Assembly: GCA_965235115.1 (NCBI GenBank)
Contig: OZ249444.1
Coordinates: 15,190,001-15,254,000, forward strand
Reading direction: 5' to 3'
Length of the DNA: 64,000 nt
Origin: Laetmonice hystrix
Taxonomy: Eukaryota
The notes beneath the pieces were generated by a model, which saw nothing but the letters and a program-made list of their open reading frames with translations, searched no databases and was not told where the DNA came from. The translations under genes and the position numbers were made by a program. Of this stretch, positions 60,201-64,000 are shown piece by piece (the stretch's first letter is position 1; each line of letters starts with the position of its first letter).

Positions 60201-63200
60201 AAAGCCTCTCTCTCCCCACATATTCCCATACCATTCCCGGTATTTCACAAAACAAACATGCCCATCTGCTCCCAGGCCTTTACCAAACTACATCCTTATC
60301 TACCTATCCAGGGTGTAATAAGAATAAAACCCAGATGTCATGGGGGAAATACAACTACAGATGGCGTTAGTTGTAACTGCGGTACGGTTGCCCATTGATG
60401 GCTCCTATGACAATTAAGTCAAACGTCATAAAAAAGATAGAAAGAAATGGTCGCTCTAACCCCACAGGCTTTAAACAGATGTATATATCCCAATGACGCG
60501 AGCGATGTTGCGATACGTTTGGTGCGATATTCTTGTTTTTTTTTTATTTTTCGCCTTTGCTTAATTTGGCATACTTTAGGGTAAGCCTCAGTTCCGTCTG
60601 CCGGTAACCGTTCCCAACCGTGTATAATGTCATCTCGGGTCTTGTTTGAAAGTGGACATCTTGGCCTGACATATGCTATATCTCCCTTAGTAAAGGATTA
60701 AATATTTAATAATTGGATACACCATGTATAGCCCTCTTTATGACCTCGGTCCCAACAGGTATCTAGTCTTCTCCCAGTTTGGTCGAGCTGATGCCCGCCG
60801 GGCGTTCCCCTGTTTCGACGAGCCGTTCTTCAAGGCAACCTTCAACGTGACTTTGGTCCGGCAAACGGGGCACACAGCACTCAGCAATATGCCTCTACTG
60901 ACTACCACTCTGAGGTGAGCTTTCTTTTTCTATGTCTTCTTGTTCTTTGGGGGATCGGGGATAAGAATGGCCCTCATTGGCTGTTCGAAAGAGGCAATGA
61001 AAGGGGCGAGGGCTGGGATGGGAAGCTTAATTGAGCTTTGGAGTGACGTACGGCTATGGGTTTGCAGCAGTACCATCTTTCTAACCGGTACTTTAAAGGG
61101 CTCGGCAACTGGGGGTTCAATGGCTCTGGTAACATACATATCACGGAAGAATTCCCTTCACAATAACACCCTAGATCTCCTCCAAATATGAGAATATCAG
61201 CAGCCGCCCTACATAACCGTTTCTTTGCAGGAATTCAAACTGGGAGGCGGACCGCTTCCGGGAGACGCCGCGAATGCCCACTTACGGCGTTGCTTTTGTC
61301 ATATCACAGTACAAACATGTTACATCCACAACACCAACCGGAACAACAGTAAGTGCAAGCCTTTACTCTCTTACTTCTGTTTCAAAGTATAGATAGTAAG
61401 GTGGCCCGTCGAGCACCTCTGATCTGTGATTTGATCCGTCACAATCCTGTCGCAGATCCGTGTCTGGACTCAGCCCAATTACATCAATTACACAAGGTTT
61501 GCCCTGTCCGTTAGCGGTCCGCTGTTGGAAACGTACGAGAAGTGGACAGGCATACCCTACCCGCTGCCCAAGATAGGTTAGTATCAACGAACCCTTGGGA
61601 AAGGCAAATCCAGGGCGAAAGGGGCATTGCCTTCCCCCTAAATTGGCATTTTGATTTTTTGATTTTGATCTTTTCGGAAATGCCTAGATTCTATACCTCA
61701 ACACGACTCAAAATATCGTCACATAATGTGCCGCGGATACTTGGATTTTAGCCCTTCCTAATATTCCTCCAAGTGATATCCTGAATCCGCAGTGAAAATT
61801 CACTTACAAAAATGAAACTGGGTTACCTTGCCCAAATTAACGGCCCATTCTGACACTGTACCTCAGACCAAGTGGTGGTCCCGTCTCTGCGGGGTTCTCT
61901 GGCTGGCTGGGGTCTTATCATCTACCCGGACGGGGAGTTCCTCTACAACCCTAAGTACACCACCACCAGGGACAAACGCCGGGCTGCAGACGCCATCGCC
62001 CAGAAACTGGCCCAGCAGGTGGGTACCTTCCCTCAGAGCAATGCTTGTCTTCAAGAGTAAGCGTACTGCGACGACTTCTTTGTTCTATCCGTCTCTCATT
62101 GGTTCGATAAGAGGACTCACAACATTTGCTGGTTTTGACGTGGCATTTTAAGACGTTTGTTAATACCCCCATCGCACTAGAAGGTGATCAAGCTGCGCTC
62201 TAGTAAATGGGCCAGATCGCCGTAGAGCGCGGATAGAGTGCCCCGAGGTCCTTCTGGGCGTCGTAGGAGCGAGATAGTGTCTCCCTGGGTCGTCATATGG
62301 TCACCATGAGCGCCATGAGCTTCCTGAGAGCGCAGGTCGAGCGGGGTGGGAGCGGCATTGCAATCACACTTGGAGGGGTTTTCCGATGTTGACGGCGACC
62401 AACGGCGATCTGCTAGGTCGCCATTGGTCGCCGTTAGGTCTTCATCCAGTGTGATTGGGGCATTACTGCTGAGCGGTGCAGGAACCTTCCGGGGTGTTTT
62501 AATTTTTTAAGGCGTAGTTTTCCTGTTTTTGGCTGCAGTAGTTTTGGACTGTTTTGACGTGATGTTTTAAGACGTAGCTTTCTTGCTGTTGGTAGAGTAG
62601 ATTTACCGTGACTTTTAAAATCCTAGACTTTGTCCTATTTTTGGCAGTGGTTTGGTAATCTGGTAACGCCAGAATGGTGGGATGACACATTCCTCGTCGT
62701 ATCGTTTGCTTTCTACATCGGCGACAACATCGGCCTTCAGAATGTCCTTGGCCACTGGGAAATTGTGAGTTCTCGACTCTTGTTTTAATTAGCCAAGGCT
62801 TACCGCATTTTAATACAGAATTCTCATACCACAGGAGCTAATTCATAAAGTCTTTTCATAAACTCATGGATGACACAGCCTTTTTTACTGTTTGTTGTAG
62901 GACAAATTCTTTGTCCGTGAGATGGAGGAATCCATGGAGAACCGTTATGGAATCCGTCCGGTTCGTTCAGCGAATGTCAACCCTAATCTTGACGATCCTT
63001 ACTTCGTTGAAGGCAGGAAGACATATTTGAAGGTCAGATGAAGGACACATTATCCATAGCCCCTGTATAATTATATTGGCACGAACTATGAATGGTTTGA
63101 TACGATCAGTTCATGCAGATAAGCTACCGTGATTTTATGGGGAATGGTAGGTCATGAAAGGGAAGTTATTCCAAAGACAATCCAAAGCACAACCTGATTG

Positions 63201-63920
63201 GATTTGCTTGATCTGTTTCTAGGGTGCAGGGATCCTAAGAACCATCTCCTTCTTCTTGACGCCTGCGGCTTTCAAGAGAGCTATCCAGGTTAGAGACAGT
63301 TGAATGCCTTCATTTCTCCCCAAGCATATATTATACGATTAACAAAAAAAAAGTTCGGATGGTCATCTTTATTGTCACATCCCCACTGAAATTTAGGAGA
63401 TGTGACGTTTATAGTGCATGCATTGCATTTTTACATATTTCTCTACTTGTTAGTTTGTACTGTATGAATTTATAATTGTTTTTAAAAATTTACCCTGTAG
63501 AACTACTTGAAGAGGGCAGCTTACCTGACCGTCACCAGTACGGACCTTTACGAATCTTTTGACAGGGTGAGTCTCAAAGAGAAAGGTTTGCATATAACGC
63601 AGGATTAACATCAATGTTCTCAATAATATTGCTGTCATTTACAATATGTATTTACAATACCTTGTGGAGAAGTAAACGTGACATTGACAGCTCTCTATAT
63701 TGTCGCTTGTGCAGGCCGCTCAGTTTGATCGCAAGGTATCGTGGGACACTTACATCACAGACCTACCGTCAATCCTGGGCACGTGGTTCGACAGCGACAA
63801 CTTCCCCCTGGTCAACGTCTCTAAACGAGTCAATGGCAGCATCTCCTTCCGGGTCAGGCAGACGCCCATGATACAAACTACTAAGGTCAACGAATCAACA
63901 ACGGAGATCACGAGGACAAG
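57205..63920 (+). CDS. Type-II membrane M1 aminopeptidase N-like protein, predicted catalytically inactive; first 12 exons 57205-57472, 59016-59250, 59835-60044, 60759-60914, 61231-61348, 61456-61576, 61867-62018, 62648-62764, 62901-63032, 63223-63288, 63501-63566, 63715-63920; continues beyond the window
   Basis: Lys-rich tail, TM, Cys-rich stalk, YRLNRTLLPTHYNLELQP, ADARRAFPCFDEP, ALSNMP, FRETPRMPTY, IPYPLPKID, WGLIIY, QWFGNLVTPEWWDD, TYLKGAGILR. Motifs read GSLAG (for GAMEN) and QKLAQ-18x-V (for HEXXH-18x-E). Confidence 0.93.
62161..62465. mobile_element. GC-rich MITE, PIF/Harbinger-like termini, in intron 7 of the M1 homologue
   Basis: TAATACCCCCATCGCACTAG vs reverse complement of the right end TAATGCCCCAATCACACTGG (16/20). 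Confidence 0.6.
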
Positions 63921-64000
63921 GTAGGCATTGATCCTGAATTCAAACCTTTACTCAACTTTATCACATTAATATCCTGGATCCGGCCTAGACCGAATGTACG

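Overview
This is intron-rich animal genomic DNA, most likely a marine invertebrate (inference from gene content; not prokaryotic). The supplied ORF track captures only exon fragments and many repeat-derived ORFs, so genes were rebuilt by hand from GT/AG sites and reading-frame phase. Left to right: (1) the last seven exons of acyl-CoA thioesterase 9 (ACOT9, +); (2) a tandem triplication of a spermidine/spermine (thialysine) N-acetyltransferase gene (SAT, -), with two intact copies, one copy destroyed by nested transposons, and a relic ACOT9 exon in each unit; (3) a 504-aa ionotropic glutamate receptor-like gene with no amino-terminal domain, Trp at the Q/R site and a degenerate SYTANLAAF gate; (4) two tandem, highly diverged type-I receptors built as YWTD propeller-EGF-YWTD propeller-TM with no LDL-A repeats, the first carrying an intronic minisatellite of about 20 copies of its own 3' splice site; (5) a weak candidate secreted-protein gene (-); (6) a universal stress protein gene; (7) the first 12 exons of a membrane M1 aminopeptidase homologue with an intact frame but all zinc ligands, the catalytic Glu and GAMEN replaced (pseudoenzyme). 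Many MITEs, a LINE fragment and minisatellites lie between. Coordinates and counts were read by eye and may be off by a few bases; no database searches were run.
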